From Camelus dromedarius (lineage: Eukaryota): DNA of 64,000 nucleotides. Shown here piece by piece: positions 52,565 through 64,000 of the stretch. The translations under genes and the position numbers were made by a program. The notes beneath the pieces were generated by a model, which saw only the letters and a list, made by a program, of their open reading frames with translations, did not search any database and was not told the DNA's origin. Positions within the stretch are counted from its first letter, which is position 1; the number at the start of each line of letters is the position of its first letter. Location: assembly GCF_036321535.1 (NCBI RefSeq), contig NC_087437.1:63552001-63616000 (forward strand), given 5' to 3'.

Positions 52565-52965
52565 GACTTGAGCGTCGTCTGTGCCGTAACCTAGTACCAC
52601 AGACCGGGCGGCCTGACATCAGAAATGCATTGTCTCACAGTTCGGGAGGCGGGAGGTCCGAGATCGAGGTGTTGGTGGGTTCGGTTTCTCCAGGGGCCTC
52701 TTTCCTTGCTAGCAGGTGGCGGCCTTCTTGCTGTGTCCTCACGTGGCCTTTCCTCTGTGCGTGCGTCCCTGGTGTCTCTCCGTGTGCCCAAATTTCCTCT
52801 TCTTATAAGGACACCAGTCGGTTTGGATTAGGGCCCACCCTCATATCCTCCTTTTAATTTAATCACCTCTTTAAAGGCCCTGTCTCCAAATATAGTCATA
52901 TTCTAGGTTTTAGGAGTTAGGGTTTCAACATACGAATTGTAGGGGACCCAACTCAGCCAATACCC
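52565..52965 (-). mobile_element. MLT1A/MLT1A0-like solo LTR
   Basis: Contains tctcacagttc-ggagg...cctcttcttataaggacaccagtc...ggattagggcccaccct...tctccaaatatagtca...ttcaacatacgaatt, matching the recalled consensus along its length. Confidence 0.85.
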
Positions 52966-54134
52966 CTCCACACCGTTCCCTGAATCGATGGCTTTCCCTC
53001 TCCCAGGAGGTCAGATCCTGGCTCTGGTAAGAGTCCTTCTTCCTTCCCTCCAGGGCCTCTCTCTCCCAGCTGTGCCCTCTCCCTTCCCAGCAACCCTGGA
53101 TGCAGAGGGGCAGGGCTTCGTGGCTCAGCCAGTGATGAGTGGTCCATATCCCAGCTGGTTTCCACTCCTGAGGGCTCTGGCTTTCTCAGGCTCCTCCCTG
53201 CTAGCATCTCTGGGCTCTCCCTCTCCACCTAGTCCCAGCCCTCTGCTTTCAAACCTGTACTCTCCTCTCTTACCTTGGAAGAAACCTTAGCTTGTTATGT
53301 CCACTTCTGTCACCCTGTTTCTCTTTGTCCCTTTCACCTCTGGAATTCTTGACAGATGAGTTGACTCCCTACCTGTTTCCTTGAGAATCTCCTCCAGGGC
53401 AACTTCTGACCCCACCGTCCCACTGAACCTACCTTCTCAAACACCACCCATCACCCGATGCTGTCACATCTTCCCAGTGCCCATCCTCCTCCACTCTGGG
53501 TTTCAGTGACAGTCCTCCTTCTACCTGTGGGGTCCCCCCACAGCCCCTTCATCCCAGCCCCTTGCTGTGGGCATCGCCGAGGATCAGACCCTCGCCCTTT
53601 CTCATCTTTCCTTGTATTCTTTTCCCCAAAGAACTGACCCATCCTCAGTTTCCATTATAATTGCACATTTGATCCTGAAATCTTTCACTTGCAGCTTCCA
53701 CCAGCTGTCTCTAGAATTCTGACCCTGGGCTTCTAGCCTATACACAGATTAAACCCTTTCATGCACCACATTCTTTTGGACCAAGCCAAACTCCTCACCT
53801 CTCACTCCCAAGTTCTGTATTCCGTCGACACAGTCTTTCCCATTTATTCCAGCAAGACATCCCTGAGGAATCTTTGTACCTCTCTCTTGTTTAGTCCGTA
53901 AGTTCTTTTAACTTTTCTTCCATCTCTTATTTGTGTTTTTTCTCTGCTGCCTTTACCAAAGCTGGACCTTGGTCAGTTTCCTCTAAGAGTATGGCAGTAG
54001 CCTCCTAATTGGATATTCTTGTCTCCCAGAGTTGGAGAGGCCTCTAGGGTCCTCTAGCCCAGCTGGACCGCTGTCTGTGTCAGGACTCCCTGTTTATTCC
54101 AGACAAAGACCTAACTCTCAGACTCGACCTTCCA

Positions 54135-54285
54135 ACCAGCTCTATCCAGTAGAACTTTCTGTGATGATGGCAGTGTTCTATGTCTTCACAATAAGGAAGC
54201 CACTAACCGTGCATGGCTGTGAGCACTTGAAATACGACTAGTGTCACTGAGGGAAGGGAATTCTTTATTTTCTTTAACGTAAATT
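54135..54285. mobile_element. MER3-like hAT-Charlie fragment
   Basis: tccagtagaactttctgtgatgatggcagtgttctat...gagcacttgaaatacgactagtg. Confidence 0.7.
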
Positions 54286-55044
54286 GTCACACTATCTTCA
54301 TGCTACTGCTTTCTGATACCAGCCCTGTGCTCTGGCCACCTTCTTCCAAACATCACCCTGATTCTCTACTCTCAATCACTCTGTTCCTGACTAGTGGGGC
54401 TCTTCTCTCCTCTCCAGGTCAGATCACCCCTAGTCCTCAGGTCCCCACTGTGTCCCACCCCCCAACCATCTCCTCAACAGTGTTCTCTCTTTCTCCTTCA
54501 GTTGAACAACTACATTATGTTGGCTAGATAAAACTTTTTTTTAACTTTCTGTTCAACTTTTATTTTGAAATAATTTCAGATTTACAGAAAAGCTGCAAAA
54601 ATAGTACAAGTAATTCTTACAGACCCTTCACTCAGATTTCTCAAATATTAACATTTTACCATGTTTGCTTTGTCATATATTCTCTTTCTCTTTTCCCACC
54701 TCTTTTTTCCTTCTGCTTCTTCACACATGCATGTATAAGTCTATACATACTTACATACACGCTGTTTTTTATGAGCAGTTTGAAAATAAGTTGCACGTAA
54801 GACATCCTCTACACTTAAGTACTTCAGTATTATTTCCTAAAAAAAGGGACAGTCTCTCATAAAACCACACGTAGTTGTTGTTGTTTTATTTAGAATTTTT
54901 ATTTCTGAGTTTCCAGACATGGAGGAAGAATTTCTGGTTATATTATTATCATTGATTTTTAGCTTAATTCCACTTCTCAGAAAAACATTTTGTGTGGTTT
55001 TAAACCTTCGAAATTTATTCCCATTTCTTCGTGGGCAAACATGT

Positions 55045-55985
55045 CATCTTTTTAGCATAATTGACATACACAAAATTGCACACATGTAATGTATACATCT
55101 TTATGAGTCTGGGCAAATGCACACATGTGATACCATCATCACAACAAGGCACTAAATATGTCCTTCCCCGCCAGACATTTCCTGTGTTCTGTATGTGTGT
55201 GCATTTGTTTGGTAAGAACACTTAACATGAAATCTATCCTCTTAACAAATTTTAAAGTGCACAATACCATATTGTTATCTATAGGCACTGTATTATACAG
55301 AAGATCTCTAGAGTTTATTCATTCTTGCATAATGCAAACTTTATATCCATTAGAAGACAAATTCCCATGTTTCCTTTCGCCCAGCCCTTGGTAACCACCA
55401 TCTGATTCTCTGCTCCTATGGAAAACCACAGCTATTTGATACAGTGTGGTTAGGGAGGATCTCATTCGTTAAGTGACTCCAACTTTTCATTTTTCATATT
55501 AAGGTATAATCTGCATCCAGTAAAATTCACCTGTTCTAGTGCACAGTTCCGTGAGCCTTGACAAATGCGAAGTCATGTAACTCCCACCACAACCAAGATA
55601 TGGTTCTGTCACCTTAAAACATGTCCTTGTGCCCCTCAGTAGTCAGTATCCTCCACCCACCTTTTCTCTGACCCTACAGTTTTTCCTTTTCTAAAATGTT
55701 CTATAAATAGAATTATGCAGTACATAGCCTTTGAGTCTGGCTTCTCTCGGCAGAAGAGAAAGCTGGCTCACTGAGACTCATTTGTGTGTTCACCAGAAGC
55801 TTGGTCCTTTCTGTTGATGAGTAAGTAGTATTTCATTGTATGAACGTACCACAGTTCGTCCGTTCTCCAGTCGAGGGACATTTGGATAACCTCTATGTTT
55901 GGAAATTACAAATGAACCCACTACAAACATTCACATGCAGGTGTTTGTGTGCATGTAGGTTTTCATTTCACTCGGATAAGTAGGT
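55045..55985 (-). mobile_element. Cluster of old L1M 3'-end fragments
   Basis: Motifs such as acaaattttaaagtgcacaatacc...cccagcccttggtaaccacc and ttctaaaatgttctataaatagaattatgcag. Confidence 0.7.
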
Positions 55986-56666
55986 TAGATGACTTTTGAA
56001 CAAGGACCTGAAAGAAATATGAAAACAAGCCATGAAGATAGCTAAATATATTTTTGCATATTTGCCATATTGCAATTTAAACAAATGAGTAAGTTTGTGC
56101 TGTGAAACTGGTCGATTTGGGTTATTTTTCTTACTTGAGTTATTTGGGAAACATAGGGGTAAGAATGGAGGAGACCATTGGTTGGTTCATTCATTTGTTC
56201 ATTCATTCATTGATCCATTCAGCAAACTTTAAAAAAAATGAAAAGCCACCGGTCCATAGCCTGTGACCCAAAGGAAGCCCGAGACCCTTGGATCCACACC
56301 AAAGGCTAAATTTAGTTGGATTATCTAACATAATTTCCCTTCTGAGTTTCCTGAAAGCCAGGGTAAGAGAAGCAGTAGTGAGTTCGGGGTTATCCCCATT
56401 GACATGGATGGTGGAAGGTTAAGCATTTTTAAGAGTTTTTATCTCAATGGAGGCTCCATGGACCTCCCTCCAGAAGCCCCCCTGAGAAGCAATATTCATT
56501 TGCTTGTGAGGTTGTCCATGTGAAACTGTGAGATCTCTAGAAAGATATATTCAAGTGGGGGCTCTGTCTGGATGAGGGGCCAGTGGGCAAGACTGTGCCC
56601 TCCTAGGGTTCAGGAGCTTTGTGACCAGACAGAACTGACAATAACCTGTGAACATCTTTGTTTCAG

Positions 56667-56717
56667 GTGATGCAACTGTGAAAAAGAAACCTGCCCCCAA
56701 GACGCCTCCAAAGGCAG
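56667..56717 (+). CDS. MYLK: MYLK coding exon (51 bp), linker
   Basis: Acceptor tttcag, donor G|gtaatt. Encodes SDATVKKKPAPKTPPKA. Confidence 0.93.
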
Positions 56718-57498
56718 GTAATTGGCCACAGCAACATTTAGGGGCAAGGGAGTCGTCTGCCATGAGGCGTTGTTTCTTTGCTCTCCTAGACGGGCTACTG
56801 GGGATATGGTCTCGGGAGACCGCCCCCGCTCCTGGTTCAAGCTCTGCTTATTCAGGCTGAATTTTCCCTGAGAGCCTCTGTACACCTTGGTCCCTGACCC
56901 TCTTCCTCTACTTGTCTTTTCTCCTGCTTCCCTTGTATGGACAGCATCACGTGGGAGAGATGCTAGTGACTTTCTCATCCCTTCTTCAAAACTCTACTTG
57001 ACCCTCTGTCCTCCCAGTCTGCCCCGTATGGAGATGATCCACTTTGTGCTATTTTAATGCTCTGCTCTGCATGTTCCTGTCCTAAAGAGCCTTGTCTGCT
57101 TTCCACAGAAGGACATTTAAGGATGTGAACCATATTGAGCCTATCAGCCAGAGTGACCTGGAGGTTAGAAGGCACGGTGTTTCTTAATAAAGGAGTTAGG
57201 GCATAGATTTTAAAAATTAGGGTAAGGCACAGATTCCAAGCAACCAACAAGTGGAGAATTATGCCGTGTACATTTGTGGGCCACTTTTGAAGGAATCAGG
57301 ATCAAGAGACCAACAAACCTAGCAGGTCCCTCAGCTCAGGTGTTCTGGAGCAGCAGTCGCTGCCCTCCACCTTACTCTGAAGGTTCCCGAAGGCGAGGGA
57401 AGAGCAGCAGACGAATGTGGACTGCAGCGTCCAATAAGATCAGAATGTCTGGGGCTCCCTCCTCCTCGGAGCTCATGCTGTCACTTGTCCTCCCCCAG

Positions 57499-57626
57499 CC
57501 ATGCCCCCTCAGATCATCCAGTTTCCCGAGGACCAAAAGGTGCGCGCAGGAGAGCCGGTGGAGCTGTGTGGGAGAGTGGCAGGCACCCAGCCCATCACCT
57601 ACACCTGGATGAAGTTCCGCAAGCAG
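57499..57626 (+). CDS. MYLK: MYLK coding exon (128 bp), Ig domain N-terminal half
   Basis: Acceptor cccccag, donor CAG|gtcagt. Encodes AMPPQIIQFPEDQKVRAGEPVELCGRVAGTQPITYTWMKFRKQ. Confidence 0.95.
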
Positions 57627-58540
57627 GTCAGTAACAGGGCAGTAACCTGAGATCAACCCTCCCAAAATCCAGATCCACTCTGGGACGAAAGGGGTGAGAA
57701 GTGCTGGGATGGAGGCAGCATGACTGCTCATCACAGGGGCCACGGAGGTGGGAGAGACCCCTCACCCATCTGCCACCCACCCACCAAGTCTGAGTTCTTA
57801 ATAACCTTTCTTCCGCATCTACCAAGGATACCTGCCTTATAGACAATTTGTGTGATAGAGAGAAGTATGAAGGAAGAAATATAAAACACCCATGGCCCCC
57901 ACCTGATTTTATTATCTCTGGCTAGAATCCTACTCAGAGTCAGGAAAATTGAACCAGTGACCTAAATGACCTCTCAGACCTTGAGCTCTCTGTGATTTTG
58001 TGTCAGCTCACTGAACCCTATCTGTAATAACCACTTAAACTTAACCACGTGCTTTAGATATAAAAGTGAATCTGAGTATTTGAGTAGATAAAATATACAT
58101 TAAACAGAATTTTGGCTTAATTGACCCAGAAATCTAACTCCTATTTATCACAACAGTCCTGTGGGGAAATGCTTGAATTTCCAAATGACCAGCTTTTAAA
58201 AGAACTTGGGGAGCCTGTCATTCTCCTGTCCCACACTGGTAGTGTGTGCCCACGTGCCTCATGTGACCCCAGAACGGTGGGCTGGCACTGGATCAGGAAC
58301 CCCCCAAAAGGTGTGAAGCTTTCTTCCAAGACCTCTGTTGCTCTATTTCCAACTCATTCAAGTTGTCATAAGGCCCAGAGGTGGGAGGCTAGTACTGGGG
58401 GGTAAGGAAGAGCTGGGTCCAAAAGATGAAGAAGAGGGTCTGGCCTCATCCCAAAGCATGTTTGGTTGGGTTTTGTCTAGGCTCATGGTGTCTGAAGTAA
58501 GATGGAATCTCAACCCTTCTCAGAGATGTTTAGCCAAGTC

Positions 58541-59172
58541 CCAGCTCCATCCAACAGAACTTTCTGTAGTGATGGAGCTGTTCTATATCCGTCATCCAGT
58601 ATGGTGGCCACTGAACACATGGGGCTACTGATCACATGAAGTGTGACTAGTGCAACTGAGGAGCTGAATTTTAGATGTCAATGAATTAAAAATTGTCATA
58701 ACAGCTTTGTTGATATAATTTATACACCATAAAATTCACCCTTTTAAAGTGTGCATGTATTCACAAGGTTGTGCAACCATAACAGTTTTCTAATTCTGGA
58801 ATGGTTTTTATCACCTCAAAAAGAAATCCCAGACCCATTGGCAGCCATTTCTCCTCTCCCTACAGACCCTGGCAACCTGCAGCCTACTGTCTGCCCCTGT
58901 GGATTTTCCTGTTCTGCACATTTCATATAAACGGAATTATATATGTTCTTTTGTGTTTGGGGTTTTTTTACTTAGCATAATGTTTTCGGGGCTCATCCAT
59001 GTTGTAACATGAACCATACTTCATTCCTTTTTATGACCAAATAATATTCCATTGTCTGGATATACCACATTTTGTTTATCTGTTCATCTGTCCATGGATA
59101 TTTGGGTTGTTTCCACTCAACTAATTAAAATTTAAATAGCCACATGTGGCTGGTGACTGGGATTTAACAGCA
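58541..59172. mobile_element. MER3-like element interrupted by a minus-strand L1M 3' fragment (about 58700-59117)
   Basis: Left part ccaacagaactttctgtagtgatgg...gcaactgaggagctgaatttta; right part aatttaaatagccacatgtggctggtg; L1 motifs lie between them. Confidence 0.75.
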
Positions 59173-59525
59173 CAAAAGAGCCACACCTGTTGGGTGGGCT
59201 TTGTAAGTGACTTTAACCAAATGTTTTCTCCCACAATCTCATCCCAGAGCAGTGTGTTCCTCACTTAGGTCTGGAGCAGCAAGTGGAGGCATAGCTCGTG
59301 TCCTGACCCCCAGACCCTGCTCAGCACCTCCCTGCCTGCCCCAGACCTGGACCCTGTCAGGACAGCTTGGCTCTGGGTGCAGGAGAGGAGGGCCCTTAGA
59401 GTCCAGACAAGACCAGCCCCACACAGCTTGTGCAGCTGCACCCCGTAGGGAGTGGGGACTGTGGGTCAGAGCCCCCTCCTCTGCTGGCTTCCGTCTCCAG
59501 TGCCTGCCCCGCTCTCTGCCCTCAG

Positions 59526-59679
59526 ATCCAGGAGAGTGAGCACATCAAGGTGGAGAACAGCGAGAACGGCAGCAAGCTCACCATCCGGGCAGCGTGCCAG
59601 GAGCACTGTGGCTGCTACACTCTGCTGGTGGAGAACAAGCTGGGCAGCAGGCAGGCCCAGGTCAATCTCACCGTGGTGG
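59526..59679 (+). CDS. MYLK: MYLK coding exon (154 bp), Ig domain C-terminal half; last exon found in the window
   Basis: Acceptor ctcag, donor G|gtgagt. Encodes IQESEHIKVENSENGSKLTIRAACQEHCGCYTLLVENKLGSRQAQVNLTVV. Confidence 0.96.
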
Positions 59680-62600
59680 GTGAGTCTCGGGATGGGGCGG
59701 CCCGGAGGGCGGGGCGCCGGACCTCGGGACCTCGCCTCCTGGGGCAGCTCCTTCAGCATGGGTTCCCTCTGCCCACAGCCTCCCATCCTCCCAGCTCTCT
59801 GGCTCCCGGCTCTCACACTGTCGCTGCCCTGCGTGCTCGTCGAGAATTTCAGACCTTGCACACATAGCGTTTTCCTCTTCCTATGAATCTCCTCCCGGCT
59901 TCCCTTTCCAGCCTTTGGAGAGCCTGAGCTCTGCTGCCCTGGCTCTCTCCAGCCAGCACCTGTGACTCCCTCTCCCTCTGCTCCACTACCTGCCCCCACC
60001 CCAGCCCCTTGCAAACCCCCACCTTGAATCAGTGCTGCCTTTGAACTTCATTGCTGCTGTGCCTGAGTTTGGGGTTACAGCAGGAAGATCACACCCACCC
60101 ATAGACTCAGTGCTGGACTCCATCAATGTCCAGGCTCAGCTGAGGCGTCTGCGCAGGTCAGGGCCCTCTCCCACACTCTGTGGTAGCCATTCCTCGGACT
60201 GCCCCACCTGCAGGCCTTGGCCTCTCAGCGCTCTGAGAAATAGGAGACATCCTGTTTCCATGACAAATATTTGTGGCCCCAAACCTTCAATTGTCTCTCT
60301 ACCTGTCCCCTGCTGACTCCACCCTCCAGGCTCTAGGCGTGGCCCACCTTTCTTCTGTGCTCTGGATCCCAAGTTCTTGAGGGCTCCGCGTGACCCCTCT
60401 TCTCTTCAATTTCCCCCCCTATTTCTCCCAGAAATGTTGACAGCGCTCTCCCATCTTCACTAAGCACGCAGGCAGGCATAACTCCTGCAGTATTGCGGCT
60501 CACTTTGGTCACCCTTGCCTCTCTCTTGCTCTGTCCTCATGGCCAAACCCTCTGAAAGTGTCAGTCTCTGCGTTGAGTCTGCTTCTTCACCTCCCTGGCA
60601 ACAATCTTCAGCTCCCTGTGGCCTCGCTTCCAAGCCCCATTAGGCTGCTGGAGTGACCTTTCTGAGGTCACTGCGCCCTCCTAATCCAAACCCACTCCCT
60701 TTTTCTTGTCTCCTCCATCCCAGTTTTGAGTTCAGAGTCTGTCTCCAGACTGATTATCAGGTTCACTTTTTCCTCTCCATCCCAGTCACTGTGTGTTTTT
60801 CATGCCCTGGTCAACTGTCTCCTGAAATATCAAACTAGCTTTCTAACTGGTCTCCCACTGTCGTGCTCAGCCCGCTGTCCCCCCAGGTGGCAGGCGTTCA
60901 GGACAGGGAAGGAGCAGCAGATGGATGGCAGGCCAGTCCTACTGCACTTACGGGCCTTCATGTGAGGTGCACACCAAAGCCTTTCACCTGGTGTCCACTG
61001 ATCTTTCTTTAGGCTCCTTAGGTCAGGAGTTTTAACTCTGGAAGGCCAGCGGACCAAGTGCTCAGGGCGTAGGTTGCTCATCTGTAACAACCAGGAGGGA
61101 CCCTTGTTCCCTTAGATCTCTCTCTGGTGGCTCCGGATGCTTATTTTAATCAGTTCCCCCGAGGAGTCAGGAACATTTTGGGGGGTAGGGTTTGGTGCTA
61201 GTGATCTAGTTTGCCTTTGCACTTGGACTTGTACCTGAAGCACTGATTTGGCGCCACACCCCCACCCGTTAGTAGGCATCGGTTTCCAGCTTTCCTTGGC
61301 GCCCTCTCTCATCTGCCCACAGTGGGGGATCTTTGGGGTCAACTTCTTGCAACTGCTTTGCTGCAACCAGTGCCCCCTGCCCCGACTGGGGCCGCTCTGC
61401 ATGGTGCCACCCGCTCCCCTCCCCCATCACCACCACACGGGCTGCAGTTGTGGCCTTTTATGGTTTAGTTTCTCATTCTCCTCGGCCAGTGCTGACAGGG
61501 CCATTGGTGTGGCTGCCCGCCAGCTGGCAGGAGCAGCATGTTAAATGCCGGTCCTGGGAGGGGAATGGAATGGAGGGCAGGGGCTCTCTGTCTGCCTCCC
61601 CCTCGGAGAGCTAAGAATAGAACTGCTCAATAAAATGAGGACTCACATTGATGGATACAGCAAAGCCACACTCATTCAGAGCCTGTGGATTTAGAATCAG
61701 CCCCCAGTAAACCTGGATTAAGCCCAGATTTACCTGCACGTCTCTAGGGACATCTGCGTATGATTGGATCAGGGTTGATGAAGTAGATGTAAAATGTAAA
61801 TGAGACAAAACAGGAATTATTTGGCCTACTCTGGACAGTTTCAAGCACTTTGGAAGCATCCACGTATCAGCCAGCTAAATAAAGCCAGCTTAACGTTAGC
61901 AGTAAGCTTCTCTTTTTGTATGTTCTTTAAACAACCCCTTTTTTTTCAGATAGTCTAGGACTCCAGTTTTAAAAATGATCATAAAAATGAGCCTTTCCCT
62001 CAGTTAGTTTAAATGAGTGGTGTTTAGCTATTTTGAAGGCTCACTATGATTATTCTGTTTTAAAAAGCAGTGCAGGGGTTTGTGACACTCAGAGAGCCCC
62101 TAGCCTCAGCTTCAGAGCAGTGAGGGAGGGGCCGCTCTGGCAGGAGAGAGCAGCTCGACCCAGATGAGTTCCTTCGTGCAACTGTCTGACTATCTGACTT
62201 TCTGGCACAACTTTAAAAAAGAAAAACAAAGGAGAGAGAACCCAGACACCCAGTAGTCCCCCAGTACTGTCTGAACTTGGAACTTGCGTGATTTTTAAGG
62301 GCAGTTTCCCTTCATAACGCTCGGCTTGGTCTTAAGCAAGATGTATTCTTGATCTTATTCGGCCTCGTAGCCTGGAATGTAACAGGCCCCCAGACTGAGG
62401 GTCTGGAGACGTTTTAGAATCTCCTTTTGGCTCTGCCAGCTGGGTATTCTTGGTAAACAAGGTGCCTTAGCTTTCGAGGGCCGGGATTACCCAGGTGGAC
62501 AACCTGGGGGCCCTTGCAGCCCTGCCATTCTCTAAAAGCTGCAGGCGGCTGCCACAGTGCCAGTGAAGGGAGGTCCAGGAGGGGTCAGGCTCAGCTACAG

Positions 62601-63744
62601 ATCATCTCCAAGTGCACAGGCGCAAAGACGGCCAGGGCGGTTCCTCCTGGGAGAAGCATTAGATGTGAGATCCTCTGTTTTCCCAGGAGTGAGAACATTT
62701 GCTGAATCGAAAATCCTGGAGCTGGTGCAGACCCTTTTCTCAGACTCAGCGTTTCCCATTCTGTTAGTCAAGTCTCCAGGGAGCCATGGGAGAATTCTAA
62801 GGAAGCGGAGAGCTTGAGGCCCCAGACACTGAACCCACCTGGCCTTTGCCAGGCGATGCCCAGGCCATGCCCAGGCCTCCCTCCCTGACCAAGTGCATCT
62901 GTGTCTTCGGCATAGAGGGGAGGCTCTGTTCTGAGGATGTCTGTTCTGTCCTGAGGTTTTTCTTTCCTGGCTCGTCCAGCCTCTGGGTGGGGCTCCATAG
63001 GTTGGAAAGAACAGAAAGCATCAGGCACAGCCCATGGCTCCCTGTGCAAGCATGGGCAGTGGGGGTTCTAACCTCATTTGACTTCAAACCTGAAGTCAAT
63101 TTCGCCCTCCCCAAATTTTGCATCTTCTCTTGTGCTACAGGTTGTGACACGTGTCCTGTGTCAGTTCTCTCTCTTTCAGCCAAGAGACATTTTGAACAGG
63201 GTAGGGGATTAATAGTACCTCTTCTGAAATGCCCATTTCTCAAGGTTTTCTTTTCTTGACCAAAGCAGGAGGGGAGACTGTCAGTCAGTGGAGCATATCT
63301 GTATTCGTTGCTCAAACTACAGGACTCTAAACGTGTCCAATCAGACATTTTCCTTTGAGGGAGGCAAGGAGTCTGTCCTTCCTCCTTCTTTAAGCCTTTT
63401 TACTTCCTCAGCTGGGTCCTGAGAGGACTTGAACCACTTGCTTATAAGAGAGTTTAGAGTAATAAACATCTTAGCCAACACCAGAAATGTTTCTAAAAAG
63501 ACCAATATATCTTCTAGAACAAACAGTTTTTCTGAGAGAACATACCAACCAGTGAAAGTGGTTCCATCACAGGAGGCTTCCAGAGTGACTGCCTCTGGTG
63601 GGGAGTGGCTGTCACAATCCCAGAGTCATTCCCGGGCGAGTCAGCCCAGGCTGCTTGGGTTTCAGGGGATGGATCGTTTCCGGGCAGTGCACTCTTGGCT
63701 GGAATGTAGAAGCAGCAGGGCTTGGGGGAGGCCGGAGAATGAAT

Positions 63745-64000
63745 ATGTACATGTGTATGTAAATGTATGTGTAGGTATGTGTGTAGAGATATATATACGT
63801 ATGTGTGTATAGGTGTACGTATGTGTAGATGTAGATGTACGTGTGTATACATATATGTGTATATGTATGTGTATGTGTGGGTATGTGTATGCATCTGCCT
63901 AAGTGTATAGGTGTATGTATATATGTGTATATGCATGCATGTGTATAGGTGTAGGTGTATGTGTGTGCATGTGTATAGGTATGTGTGTATGTACATGTGT
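63745..64000. repeat. Degenerate (TG/TA)n low-complexity tract running off the window end
   Basis: Read directly from the sequence. Confidence 0.95.

Noticed and set aside
52801..52810. TCTTATAAGG, one mismatch from the promoter CArG
   Set aside because: Part of the ordinary MLT1A LTR sequence as I recall it.
63514..63996. His/Thr/Tyr-rich ORF of 160 aa, and similar CV/HT-repeat ORFs at 14261, 14307 and 38830
   Set aside because: Translations of dinucleotide microsatellites.

Overview
Mammalian genomic DNA containing the middle of MYLK (myosin light chain kinase) on the + strand. A tRNA-Ala-derived vic-1-like SINE, with no recognisable Alu or Bov-type SINEs, suggests a camelid. I traced eleven consecutive GT-AG coding exons (153, 138, 198, 250, 72, 1484, 117, 87, 51, 128 and 154 bp). 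They join in phase into 2832 nt (944 codons) without a stop, covering several Ig domains, the five DFRxxL actin-binding motifs and a Pro/Lys-rich 12-aa repeat. The gene start, Fn3 domain and kinase domain lie outside the window. The short intron at 22925-23364 holds the internal promoter of the short smooth-muscle isoform (CArG, CCAAT, TATA; start codon at 23663). The remainder is intronic sequence with LINE, SINE, LTR and DNA-transposon remnants and microsatellites. The most notable items are a 17-unit 36-bp coding minisatellite with a 72-bp higher-order repeat, a TSD-bounded ORF1-only rearranged L1 insertion, an upstream ORF in the short-isoform leader, a CpG-rich old MLT1A LTR, a cluster of CTCF motifs and cysteine changes in one Ig domain. 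I see no evidence of a wholly new biological system. Nearly all six-frame ORFs outside the exons look like noise. Repeat family names and comparisons with human MYLK come from memory, not from a search.
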